A program made the position numbers and the translations under genes. From the IMG/VR virus record IMGVR_UViG_3300016484_001207, positions 1-33,567 of that record: a stretch of DNA of 33,567 bases; one strand, written 5' to 3'. The stretch is from a virus (Duplodnaviria > Caudoviricetes). Under the pieces are notes generated by a model. The model searched no databases, was not told the DNA's origin, and saw nothing but the letters and a program-made list of their open reading frames with translations. Shown here one piece after another: positions 7,625 through 16,983 of the stretch (the first letter of the stretch is position 1; each line of letters starts with the position of its first letter).

Positions 7625-8272
7625 ATGGAAAATTTATTTACAGAAAATTGTATCAGAACTTACTCTGGCATTTACTTCAATGTTTTTGACCCAAAGCCTG
7701 AAATGGTTAACATAAATGATATTGCCCACGCATTATCTATGCAGCCAAGATTTGGAGGGCATCTACCTGAATTTTATTCAGTAGCACAGCACAGTATTCA
7801 TGTGTGTGATAAATTATCTGATGGCAACGAAATATACGGGTTGTTGCATGATGCATCCGAAGCTTATTTAATAGATATGCCAAGACCTGTAAAAAAAGGG
7901 CTTACGAATTATAAAGAAATTGAGGAAAAGATTATGAAGGTAATATCTGATGCCTTTGGCTTGGTTTATAATAAGTTTCTTTTTCAAAGTCTCAAAAATG
8001 CAGATAATGAAATGTTGCAAATAGAGTGGGATTCGTTGATGATTGGTAAAAACAATACTCTGAATTGTCTGAATCAATTTGAAGCGAAGTTATATTTTCT
8101 CAACAGATACGATTTTTTAACCGGGAACGATAAAATACAATCTGAACCAGCGGCCGCCCCTGCCATCAACGTGGAAAAGAAGGAGGGAAAGGAGGTTTGC
8201 CAACATGATTGGGATAATACAAAAGCTGGTAATTATTGTAAAGTTTGTGATAAGTATTTTGATGATGAATGA
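7625..8272 (+). CDS. HD-domain phosphohydrolase (YfbR/YfdR-like 5'-deoxynucleotidase)
   Basis: DIAHALS..PRFGGH..EFYSVAQHS, LLHDASEAY..DMPRPVK; extra C-terminal CQH...CKVC tail. Confidence 0.88.
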   Translation: MENLFTENCIRTYSGIYFNVFDPKPEMVNINDIAHALSMQPRFGGHLPEFYSVAQHSIHVCDKLSDGNEIYGLLHDASEAYLIDMPRPVKKGLTNYKEIEEKIMKVISDAFGLVYNKFLFQSLKNADNEMLQIEWDSLMIGKNNTLNCLNQFEAKLYFLNRYDFLTGNDKIQSEPAAAPAINVEKKEGKEVCQHDWDNTKAGNYCKVCDKYFDDE

Positions 8273-8303
8273 TTGGCAAACCGATTGGCTGCATCGCTAC
8301 ATA

Positions 8304-8576
8304 TTATTTGATTATCTCTGCATCCACCGCCTTTATAATATCCTCCAGCAGTTGCCGGTTTACTTTTCCTCTGTCAACCATATCAAAATTGGCGGTTACA
8401 ACCTGCCAGGCATTTTGTTTGCGGAATTTATATTTTACCAGCAGTAGTACTTTTTGCCCGGCTGTTACTTTTATGCGGTACACATGCTTTGTTTCTGCTA
8501 CCACTTCCACCTTTGCATGGTACTGTACCGGATCGTACATTTTGCGAAAATAGATTGTAAATTCTTTGGGTAACAT
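8304..8576 (-). CDS. Hypothetical protein, antisense moron-like gene
   Basis: 90-aa ORF filling the gap between + strand genes, with a promoter box directly upstream. Confidence 0.7.
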   Translation of the reverse strand: MLPKEFTIYFRKMYDPVQYHAKVEVVAETKHVYRIKVTAGQKVLLLVKYKFRKQNAWQVVTANFDMVDRGKVNRQLLEDIIKAVDAEIIK

Positions 8577-8583
8577 ACCGCTG

Positions 8584-8591
8584 CAAAATTA
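8584..8591 (-). promoter_or_regulatory. Bacteroidota -7 promoter box TAATTTTG
   Basis: Exact TAnnTTTG match 7 nt upstream of the ATG at 8576. Confidence 0.6.
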
Positions 8592-8725
8592 GCCTGTTAT
8601 GCAATATCTAAAATAGTTAGCACAACTGCACCTAAGCCACTGGATAATGTTGCCATTTGCAGGGCATTCAGAACGCTCACACCGCAAATAATACTAAACT
8701 TGTTGACATTATTTAAAACTAAATA

Positions 8726-9190
8726 ATGTCGCAAGTTCAAGGGTACACAAATCGCACTTTTAAAGCATTGGGAAGAATCCTTTTGCACAAGTATCCTGCA
8801 ATTGCAGAAGAGCTGATTCCTTTTTGCCAGGCTGAAGGTGAAACAGACATGGATTTGCTGCCCGGCTACTTTAAGCGCTTTTGCGAAATAAAGCAAATAA
8901 ACCCGCTGGAACACATTGGCGAATTACGCAGCGACCGGGAAAAGATGAACAACCGCATGTTATTTGTTGCCTGTATGCTCCACATCTACAATCAGCACAT
9001 CTTTCATACCAATGGCTCCACTCCATTCTTCCGCCGTGGTTTTGTTAAGCACTTATCGGAATGCCAAAGCATAAGCCCTACTAACATAAGCCTGATGATT
9101 CGCAAAGTAATGGTGCATGAACGTGTTTATGATGATTTTAAAAAAGAGATACAGTCAATTGTTAATCAGCTAAAACAAACTGTAAACTAA
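8726..9190 (+). CDS. Hypothetical protein (first gene of the late operon)
   Basis: 154-aa ORF coupled by TAATG to the next gene. Confidence 0.75.
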   Translation: MSQVQGYTNRTFKALGRILLHKYPAIAEELIPFCQAEGETDMDLLPGYFKRFCEIKQINPLEHIGELRSDREKMNNRMLFVACMLHIYNQHIFHTNGSTPFFRRGFVKHLSECQSISPTNISLMIRKVMVHERVYDDFKKEIQSIVNQLKQTVN

Positions 9191-9759
9191 TGGCCACTTT
9201 AAAAAAAGGAAACATTAAAGAGCTGCACTTTGATGATGAAAACATTAACAAGGGCAATGAATATGGCATGATGCTGTTGGGCAAGTCCATTACTGAAACA
9301 GGTATGGGCCGCTCCCTTATTGCAGATAAGAACAATGTACTGATTGGTGGTAACAAAACACTGGAAGCTGCTGTGGCTGTTGGTATTGATAAAGTAACTG
9401 TGGTGGAAACGGACGGCAAAGAAATTATTGTGGTAAAGCGTACCGATTTGGACATAAACAGTCCAATGGGAATAAAAGCTAAAATACTGGATAACACAGT
9501 AAGCCACCTCAACTATGTGGAAGATACTGCAGTTGTTTACACGCTATGCCAGCAGGCGGATATTGTGAACACCAACGCTTATGGCCTTAAAAGTTTGGGT
9601 GATGATGATGGCAAGGAAGTGAACTTTAAAGCCAGCGATAAAGGAACTATTAAAATTGAATTTCCAAATAAAGGCTTTCTTCCGGCGGCTGAAAAGGACC
9701 TGACTGAGTTTCTTGCAAAGAACTATCCGGGAGCCATTGTAAAAGTGAAAGGTAAATGA
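9190..9759 (+). CDS. ParB/Srx-like N-terminal domain protein
   Basis: DDENINKG...SITETGMGRSLIADKNNVLIGGNKTLEAA; typical position upstream of terS. Confidence 0.65.
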   Translation: MATLKKGNIKELHFDDENINKGNEYGMMLLGKSITETGMGRSLIADKNNVLIGGNKTLEAAVAVGIDKVTVVETDGKEIIVVKRTDLDINSPMGIKAKILDNTVSHLNYVEDTAVVYTLCQQADIVNTNAYGLKSLGDDDGKEVNFKASDKGTIKIEFPNKGFLPAAEKDLTEFLAKNYPGAIVKVKGK

Positions 9760-10298
9760 CAAAGGGAAGCACAAATGCAAGGTTAGAGAAGTTTATACGC
9801 CTCATGGTTCCAGTAACTGAGGTGGCGGATATGATTGCCGTGTATAAGGAGTGTTTTCCAAACTGCAAAAAGGATTCATCTGCCAGGGTAGGCGCTTACG
9901 CACTATTACAAAAGCCTGACGTTGTGGCTGCTATAGATGCACTGAAGCGGGAGAATGAGGAAATGCTAAAAAAGGCAAAGCAAAAGGAGATTGAAAGGCT
10001 TGCAAAAGAGCAGGTTGTGAGTGAGTTGCAACTGGATGCGGTATTGAGCCAAATAGCCATGGGAACTTATAAGCGGAAGAAAGTGGTAACAGCTTTTAAT
10101 AAAACATCTGGCACCTTTCACCGGGCAGATGTGGAAGAGACACCGGATGAGACTGCCATGATAGCTGCTGCAAATACGCTGTATAAGCGCAAAGGCTCAT
10201 TTGCTCCCACACAGATACAGCATGAAGCCGGTGACGGATTTATTGAGATGCTGAAGGCTCTATCATCAAAACGCAAAGAAGAGGAAACGCATGTTTGA
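9756..10298 (+). CDS. Terminase small subunit
   Basis: AVYKECFP...SARVGAYALLQKPDV.AAI HTH-like pattern followed by a coiled coil; lies upstream of terL. Confidence 0.75.
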   Translation: MTKGSTNARLEKFIRLMVPVTEVADMIAVYKECFPNCKKDSSARVGAYALLQKPDVVAAIDALKRENEEMLKKAKQKEIERLAKEQVVSELQLDAVLSQIAMGTYKRKKVVTAFNKTSGTFHRADVEETPDETAMIAAANTLYKRKGSFAPTQIQHEAGDGFIEMLKALSSKRKEEETHV

Positions 10299-10350
10299 AT
10301 TCAAAAAGCTGCTGAGCATGTATTTTTTTAAACATAAAAATTAATAAAAA

Positions 10351-10689
10351 ATGAGTAAATTTTTTTCAATTGATGAATTGCATGAACTTATTGGTAAGTA
10401 TTTAGAACAAGAAATTACCATTGGCAAATTAACAGAATTACTAAACCTAAAAGCAGTTAACGCAGTTCCCGGAACTCTAACAGGAATAATTATTAAGCAT
10501 ATTCCTGCTGGTGAAATATATGGTGGTGTTGCAGTAGAAACTGCTGTTGGAAATTTTGCCGTTTCTAAAAAAGACCAATTATTAGCCCGTGCTAATATTG
10601 GTGCAAAAGTTATAGTTTCTGTTATGGAAGATTTTTATAAAACTGTTGAGATTAGAGATTATCCTGATGGATATTCACCAACGCCATAA
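10351..10689 (+). CDS. Hypothetical protein inserted between terS and terL
   Basis: 112-aa AT-rich ORF with its own A-rich leader. Confidence 0.7.
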   Translation: MSKFFSIDELHELIGKYLEQEITIGKLTELLNLKAVNAVPGTLTGIIIKHIPAGEIYGGVAVETAVGNFAVSKKDQLLARANIGAKVIVSVMEDFYKTVEIRDYPDGYSPTP

Positions 10690-10761
10690 TTTTCGCTTAG
10701 TTCTTCGCAAGTGGCGGAGGCTAAAAAGAAAAAAAGCGCTTACAATTAAAAATTACTGAAT

Positions 10762-12369
10762 TTGTTTAAACCGGAACATATAGAACTGTTTGACGGCTGG
10801 GTGAATGACCCCGACGGGTGGAATAAGTTTGCCCGGGATTACCTGCGTGTTAATTTGGATTCACAGCAGGATGAAGCGCTGTATGCCATACGCCACAATC
10901 CAAAGGTTACCATAGCATCTGGTACCAGCCGGGGTAAAGATTACCTGATGGCCTGTGCTGCCACCTGCTTTATGTACCTCACTCCATACTTTGATGACAG
11001 CGGCAAGCTGGCCGGCAATACAAAGGTGATACTTACCGGCCCAACAGACAGGCAGGTTAAAAAGATTATGATGCCTGAGATTTCCAGAATATTCAAAGGC
11101 TCTATTTATTTGCCCGGCTACCTTACAGACAGCGGTATAAAAACGCCGTTTGATGAATGGTATCTCTTAGGCTTTAAGGCTGATGATAAAAACGTGGAAG
11201 CATGGACCGGTTACCACGCTGCTAATATCTTTTTTGGCGTAACGGAAGCATCTGGTATGAAGCAGGAAGTGTTTAACTCCATTACCGGTAACCTGCAGGG
11301 CAACAGCCGTTTGGTAATGGTATTTAACCCCAACGTAAACCACGGCTATGCAGCAGCATCATTTAAGGACCCGACTTTTTTAAAAATCCGCCTCAATTCG
11401 CTGGATGCTCCCAATGTAAAGGCAAAGAAAACAATACACCCAGGCCAGGTGGATTACCAATGGATAAAAGACAGGTTGGTGGAGTGGTGTGTTGTTATCC
11501 GCAAAGAAGAATATCTGGCTGAAGAGGGTGATTTTGAGTTTGAGGGTAAATGGTACCGCCCAAATGATTTATTCAGGGCAAAGATATTGGGGTTATTTCC
11601 AAAAGTATCTGAAGGTGTATTGATACCACCTGAATGGATAGAACTGGCAAACAGGCGCTGGGAGCTGCAGCAGGAGCAAGGCTGGAAGATTAGCAATCCG
11701 CTGCGTTTAGGTGCTGATGTGGCTGGTATGGGCAGAGACGATTCTGTTTTTTGCCCACGTTACGGTGATTATGTTGACAGGCTGACTAAAAAGAACGGCG
11801 GCGGGCAAGCCATCCACATGGAGGTATCGGGCATTATAGTGGATTACCTTAAAAAAGATACGGACAGTTTTATTGGTAAGTATGCACAGGCTTTTATTGA
11901 TACCATTGGCGAAGGTGCAGGCGTGTACAGCAGGTTGGTAGAGCTTTCAACCGAAATGGATGGCAACAAAAAGGTGCAGCATGCCTGGTTAAAGGATAAG
12001 GTACACAGTTGCAAGTTTAGTGAGGCTGCTATGGATGCAGGTGACAATCCATTAAAAGACAGCACCGGCCAATATGAGTTTTTAAATATGAGGGCTTACC
12101 TGTTTTGGGCTGTAAGAGACTGGCTGGACCCGTCAAAAGGGAGCAAAGCCATGCTGCCAAAAGATGATGAGTTGGCGCAGGAACTTTCAGAGACACAGTG
12201 GAAGTTTAGGAGTGATGGCCGCATACAGATAGAACCAAAGGAGGACATAAAAAAGCGGATAAAACGCAGCCCTGATAAAGCGGATGCCCTTGCAAACACA
12301 TTCTGGCCGGTACCTGATATTACAATCACCAAAGTAAAAAAGAAAAATGTTGCACAATTCTTCAGATAA
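10762..12369 (+). CDS. terL: Terminase large subunit
   Basis: Walker A-like SGTSRGKD, VTEASG, FNPN coupling motif, nuclease LGADVAGMGRD, IDTIGEG, SPDKADAL; TTG start. Confidence 0.93.
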   Translation: MFKPEHIELFDGWVNDPDGWNKFARDYLRVNLDSQQDEALYAIRHNPKVTIASGTSRGKDYLMACAATCFMYLTPYFDDSGKLAGNTKVILTGPTDRQVKKIMMPEISRIFKGSIYLPGYLTDSGIKTPFDEWYLLGFKADDKNVEAWTGYHAANIFFGVTEASGMKQEVFNSITGNLQGNSRLVMVFNPNVNHGYAAASFKDPTFLKIRLNSLDAPNVKAKKTIHPGQVDYQWIKDRLVEWCVVIRKEEYLAEEGDFEFEGKWYRPNDLFRAKILGLFPKVSEGVLIPPEWIELANRRWELQQEQGWKISNPLRLGADVAGMGRDDSVFCPRYGDYVDRLTKKNGGGQAIHMEVSGIIVDYLKKDTDSFIGKYAQAFIDTIGEGAGVYSRLVELSTEMDGNKKVQHAWLKDKVHSCKFSEAAMDAGDNPLKDSTGQYEFLNMRAYLFWAVRDWLDPSKGSKAMLPKDDELAQELSETQWKFRSDGRIQIEPKEDIKKRIKRSPDKADALANTFWPVPDITITKVKKKNVAQFFR

Positions 12370-12387
12370 CAATTTAAAAAACATACA

Positions 12388-13779
12388 ATGGAAATTAACG
12401 AAATAATTGCCCTTTCAGCTGACTTTATTAAGCTGCGTGAAAAGGTTATATCCACCAAAACAAACACTGAAAATATTGCCAATTACTTGAAGCAATATGA
12501 CCCTTATTGCCATGTAATTACAGATAAGTCTAAGCGACCTGATAAGGTAGTTACAACAGGTGAAGGTGCAGAGCAAAAGACAAAGGTTGTAAGCATTTCC
12601 CGCCTTCCCATACCCATGCAAAAGCAGATTGTGCAGTTTGCCGCCGCCTTCCTTTGCGGAAACCCAATTGAACTGATTGCCCTTCCAAAAGATGACACTG
12701 AAAAGGATATGATGGAAGTGGTTAAAAAATCCTGGATGAAAAACAAACTGGATTATGACAGTAAGAAGCTGGTGAAGATAATGATGAGTGAAACGGAAGT
12801 GGCAGAGCTGTGGTACCGTGAAGAGGCTGATACTGATTATTGGGCAAACACACCCAATGAGGGCAGGCCACACCGATTGCGTATGAAAGTGCTGGCTAAT
12901 TCTTTGGGTGATACTTTGTATCCGGTGTTTAATGCTGCCGGCGACATGGTTGCCTTTGCCAGAGCATACACACTTTTATTTGATGGCAAGAAAGAAGAGC
13001 ACTTTGATGTGTACACTGATAAAACAACATGGCTTGCAAAGAGTGTTAACGGGCAATGGGAAGTGGTATCTGAAGCCAACATATTTGGCAAAATACCTGT
13101 TATCTATTACAACCAGCCAAAGCCTGAATGGAACGATGTGCAGGCACTGATTGAGCGCTGGGAAGAGGCCATCAGTAACCACGCTGATACGAACGGATAT
13201 TTCTCTTCACCGATGGTTAAAGTATCGGGAGAGATTAAAGGTTTTGCCACTAAAGGTGAAACAGGGCAGGTTTTGGAATTGGCTAATGGCGCCACAGCAG
13301 ATTATATGAGCTGGGACCAGTCGCCTAAATCATTAGAACTGGAATTTAAAAACCTTCGCTCTATCATTTACGATATGACCTGCACACCTGACATCTCTAT
13401 TGAAAACATGAAAGGGCTGGGTACCTTTTCCGGCATTGCGTTAAAGATGCTGTTTCTTTCTGCACACCTGAAGGCCGCTGATAAGGAGGAAACATTTGGT
13501 AAGTCTATCCAGCGCCGCATCAACTTTATTATAAATGCCATGGGCTTATTCAACGTGGCAAAGTTGGGTAAAGCAACGGCCATCGACATTACACCAAAGT
13601 TTGTGTATTACATGCCACAGAATGAGGAAGAGATAATTAACCTGCTGGTTGCTGCAACAGGTGGTAAAGCTGTAATGACACAGGCCACAGCTGTTAAGCA
13701 TAACCCTTTGGTAAATGATAAAGAGGCTGAAATTGAAGAGCTGAAAAAAGAAGATACAATTGATGTATTAACTCCTTAA
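12388..13779 (+). CDS. Portal protein, SPP1 gp6-like
   Basis: FLCGNP, NIFGKIPVIYY, TPDIS, SGIALK, FGKSIQRR motifs; follows terL. Confidence 0.92.
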   Translation: MEINEIIALSADFIKLREKVISTKTNTENIANYLKQYDPYCHVITDKSKRPDKVVTTGEGAEQKTKVVSISRLPIPMQKQIVQFAAAFLCGNPIELIALPKDDTEKDMMEVVKKSWMKNKLDYDSKKLVKIMMSETEVAELWYREEADTDYWANTPNEGRPHRLRMKVLANSLGDTLYPVFNAAGDMVAFARAYTLLFDGKKEEHFDVYTDKTTWLAKSVNGQWEVVSEANIFGKIPVIYYNQPKPEWNDVQALIERWEEAISNHADTNGYFSSPMVKVSGEIKGFATKGETGQVLELANGATADYMSWDQSPKSLELEFKNLRSIIYDMTCTPDISIENMKGLGTFSGIALKMLFLSAHLKAADKEETFGKSIQRRINFIINAMGLFNVAKLGKATAIDITPKFVYYMPQNEEEIINLLVAATGGKAVMTQATAVKHNPLVNDKEAEIEELKKEDTIDVLTP

Positions 13780-13789
13780 AACTATAATT

Positions 13790-14077
13790 ATGCATGCAGT
13801 AAAACCAGAGCTTCCAGCTCCCGAAATTGAAGAAAGCCAACCCATTGCGCCACAAAGCCACATACACAAGGCCATGGCATTATTAAAAAAAGAATTTGAA
13901 GCCATTGCCAAACTGCTGGAAGTGTATGAGTATGCAGATGATGACCGCTTTACATCGGTGCATGAATATGCTTTTGCACTGAAGGCAAAGCAGGCGCAAA
14001 TGAGTAACCAACGTGTTGCCCGTAAAACGGTTGAATATTTCAAACTCAAATTAAAACCAACTGATGAAAGCAATTAA
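13790..14077 (+). CDS. Hypothetical protein
   Basis: 95-aa ORF in the operon. Confidence 0.6.
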   Translation: MHAVKPELPAPEIEESQPIAPQSHIHKAMALLKKEFEAIAKLLEVYEYADDDRFTSVHEYAFALKAKQAQMSNQRVARKTVEYFKLKLKPTDESN

Positions 14078-14372
14078 TTTTAAAGGCTGCAATTTAACCT
14101 TAGCAGAAAACCAGCCGCAATATCAACCCTTACCTGTTTGTTACCAGGGAGGCGGTGAAGCTGCCATGACAAGCTGCATGAAGCTGACTTTAAAAGAACG
14201 CATCAAGCTGCTTTTTACTGGCAAGTTGTTTATAACCCAGCTCACATTCAACACAGGCTTTCATCCACAACGAATTGAGCTGGATTGGGAGGAACCCACA
14301 TGCATCAACTGTGGCCATGGTATGGGCCAGCATCGTAAACCAAATTTCTTTTGTCCGCCTAAATTGAATTAA
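14064..14372 (+). CDS. Conserved small phage protein with C-terminal Cys/His cluster
   Basis: F...N...AENQPQYQPLP...SC.KLT.KERIK.LFTG pattern; CINCGHGMGQH..C tail. Confidence 0.65.
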   Translation: MKAINFKGCNLTLAENQPQYQPLPVCYQGGGEAAMTSCMKLTLKERIKLLFTGKLFITQLTFNTGFHPQRIELDWEEPTCINCGHGMGQHRKPNFFCPPKLN

Positions 14373-16115
14373 TTGCCGCCGATTAATCCATACGACCTGC
14401 AGCAGCTAAAAAACCAGGCTGTAATAAATAAACGAATCCTGAAAATATATCAGGATTCAATTGCTTCATTAACTCCAACGCTCAGCACTATCACTTACAA
14501 TGGCAAGCCTTTCCGGTTGTCCGATTATCCAAAACTAAAACAGCGTGTTGATGCCCTTGCAAAAAAACTGCAGGGCGACATTTATTCTGCAACCGTCAAC
14601 GGCATAAAAGACAGCTGGAAACTATCTAACAAAAAGAATGATGTGCTGGTTGATAAGCGCCTTGCAGGGCGCAAGCCAAAGCCTGCTGTAAGAAAGGTTT
14701 TGTATGATGCCAATGCACCGGCGCTGGATAAGTTTATTAATCGTAAAGAAAACGGCTTAAACCTGAGCGACCGTGTTTGGAATTTAACAGAGCCATTTAA
14801 AAAAGAGCTGGAACAGGGTTTGGGCATTGGCATTGGTAAGGGAAGGCCTGCAAAAGAAATGGCTAAAGATTTAAAGCAATACCTTAATGAGCCCGACAGA
14901 TTATACCGCCGTGTACGTGGTGAAGATGGCAAGCTCCATTTATCTGCTGAAGCCCGTAATTACCACCCAGGGCAGGGCGTGTATCGCAGTAGTTATAAAA
15001 ATGCATTGCGGCTTACCAGAACTGAAAACAACGGCGCTTACCGCACCGCTGATTTTGAACGCTGGCAACAGTTGCCATTTATCACCGGCATTCATATCAA
15101 ACTATCCAATGCACATCCGGTATATGACATTTGTGACCGCATGGTTGGTTTATATCCAAAAGACTTTAAGTTTTTTGGCTGGCATCCGCAATGCCTTTGT
15201 TATGCCACGCCTGAACAAATGAGTGATGAAGAATATAACAGGCTGGAAGATCAGATATTAAACGGACAGCCGATAACAGTTTCCGGTGCCAACGTGGTGC
15301 AGCATCCGCCGGCTGAGTTTGGCAATTACATTAAGGAAAACAAGGCCATGCTGGACCGTATGAAAAACAAACCCTATTGGATGCGTGACAATCCTGATTA
15401 TGTGCAATCTGCTGTTAAAGCAGTTGATAAGCCGCTGCCGGTTGCCGGTGCACAACGCATCAGCACACAGTTTACTAAAATTTCACCCGCTGTAAAACCA
15501 TATGCAACCCATGCACTGCAGTCAATTGATGCGGTACATGGTGATGGCATACTGGATGATATCCCTTTTGTAAAATCCAGATCAACAAAATACAATGGTG
15601 CATTTACATCCGATACACTTGGCCGGGCAAAAGAAATATCATTAACCAATTTAGGTATTAGCAATGCCCCTGAAATAACCATGGCACATGAAATGGGCCA
15701 CTACCTGGACTTGTATGCCGTTGGCAAAAAAGGAAGCTGGAATTCCTTACAAAAAGATTCACCTATTGCAAAAGTGGTATCAGTTGCACGGGAATCTAAA
15801 GCAATGAAGAATATTGAAGCCCTTGTAAACAATGGCTATGTTGAAGTAAATGGTAAAAAGATTTGGCACAGCGGAAAAATTAAAAAGCATCTTAACTACC
15901 TTAACAATCCCAAAGAAGTTTGGGCCCGTGCTTATGCACAGTTTATTGCAGAAAAAAGCGGTTCGCAAAAAATGATTGAAGGTTTAGAAACTACTATTGC
16001 CAGAGACAGGAAGCGCAAATTTTGGGCTTATCAATGGGAGACGGAAGATTTTGCGGATATAAGTGCAGCTATAGAAAAGATGATGATTGATGAAGGCTGG
16101 ATTGTTAGTCAATAA
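14373..16115 (+). CDS. Minor head morphogenesis protein (MuF/gp7-like) with C-terminal zincin-like domain
   Basis: ALRLTRTE, ICD, GWHPQCLC MuF motifs; HEMGH at 15687-15701 and downstream EVWARAYAQ; TTG start. Confidence 0.82.
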   Translation: MPPINPYDLQQLKNQAVINKRILKIYQDSIASLTPTLSTITYNGKPFRLSDYPKLKQRVDALAKKLQGDIYSATVNGIKDSWKLSNKKNDVLVDKRLAGRKPKPAVRKVLYDANAPALDKFINRKENGLNLSDRVWNLTEPFKKELEQGLGIGIGKGRPAKEMAKDLKQYLNEPDRLYRRVRGEDGKLHLSAEARNYHPGQGVYRSSYKNALRLTRTENNGAYRTADFERWQQLPFITGIHIKLSNAHPVYDICDRMVGLYPKDFKFFGWHPQCLCYATPEQMSDEEYNRLEDQILNGQPITVSGANVVQHPPAEFGNYIKENKAMLDRMKNKPYWMRDNPDYVQSAVKAVDKPLPVAGAQRISTQFTKISPAVKPYATHALQSIDAVHGDGILDDIPFVKSRSTKYNGAFTSDTLGRAKEISLTNLGISNAPEITMAHEMGHYLDLYAVGKKGSWNSLQKDSPIAKVVSVARESKAMKNIEALVNNGYVEVNGKKIWHSGKIKKHLNYLNNPKEVWARAYAQFIAEKSGSQKMIEGLETTIARDRKRKFWAYQWETEDFADISAAIEKMMIDEGWIVSQ

Positions 16116-16284
16116 TTACATACTCATCTTCATTTTCTGCAATGGTAATTATTGTTTCAGTTTCTTCAGGCAGCAGGTTCAGCATTTCAGTCATGTAAAA
16201 ATATTCCTCAGCATCTGTGAGCGGTTCGCTGTTTTCCAGCTTTTGTATGATGAGCTTTTTAAGCTGCTGTTGTTCGTTTGTCAT
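16105..16284 (-). CDS. Small acidic protein, 59 aa (not in the ORF track)
   Basis: MTNEQQQLKKLIIQKLENSEPLTDAEEYFYMTEMLNLLPEETETIITIAENEDEYVIID*; ATGA overlap with the upstream antisense ORF. Confidence 0.65.
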   Translation of the reverse strand: MTNEQQQLKKLIIQKLENSEPLTDAEEYFYMTEMLNLLPEETETIITIAENEDEYVIID

Positions 16285-16469
16285 GATAGGTTTAATCTTC
16301 TTTTTATACTACTGAATAAACCCTCAAAAGCATTTACAAATTTATAAATTGCAAAACTAAATGTGTTTCTCAGTCTATTCAACTCATCATTAGAAAGTTC
16401 TTCAAAAGCAGGCATTCCGTCAATGTGAATCCTGCTATAATAAAATTCTTTAAGCATTAAATTTTCCAT
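16281..16469 (-). CDS. Hypothetical protein, 62 aa
   Basis: Middle gene of the antisense cluster; TAATTTTA box (16474-16481) 4 nt before the ATG. Confidence 0.6.
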   Translation of the reverse strand: MENLMLKEFYYSRIHIDGMPAFEELSNDELNRLRNTFSFAIYKFVNAFEGLFSSIKRRLNLS

Positions 16470-16507
16470 ACTGTAAAATTAAAAAGTTTTCCAGCCAATT
16501 CATAGCC

Positions 16508-16885
16508 CTATCTTGGCCGCTCCTCCCTCATCTTTTTCAACTTCACCATAAAATCAAGTGCATCATCCTGTTGTATCCGCTTCATTAATTTGTGCAGCCA
16601 GCTGTTTAACAAAACAGTTTCAAACATTGGGTTGTAATCTTTGTATGCCCTTCTTATTTCATACTGCGTTTCATTAATGATGTACTCCCACCGGCTAAAT
16701 GGTACCTGATCTGATTCTTCAATGATTTTATCAGAAAGTTTTGTTGCATCCGGCTCACTGTAAAAGATTCTAAGCCTCAAAAACAGGCTCTTTACCATTT
16801 GCGATGCATTCACTTCATCTTTAAAAATAAGCAAACATCCAGCCAGCGGATCATCCATAATGCTATTTACGCCAATACCTTCCAT
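16508..16885 (-). CDS. Hypothetical protein, 125 aa
   Basis: First gene of the antisense cluster; no competing + strand ORF. Confidence 0.65.
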   Translation of the reverse strand: MEGIGVNSIMDDPLAGCLLIFKDEVNASQMVKSLFLRLRIFYSEPDATKLSDKIIEESDQVPFSRWEYIINETQYEIRRAYKDYNPMFETVLLNSWLHKLMKRIQQDDALDFMVKLKKMREERPR

Positions 16886-16983
16886 GCAGCAATATATAAA
16901 CTTATAAGCAATATTTAAAACACACGTTTTACGGCGCTGTTTGCCCTAACTACTTTCACACTCAATAAAAAGCTCTTACACTT

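Noticed and set aside
7625-8272. DatZ / 2-aminoadenine (Z-genome) pathway
   Set aside because: An HD domain alone is insufficient; no PurZ or MazZ in the window
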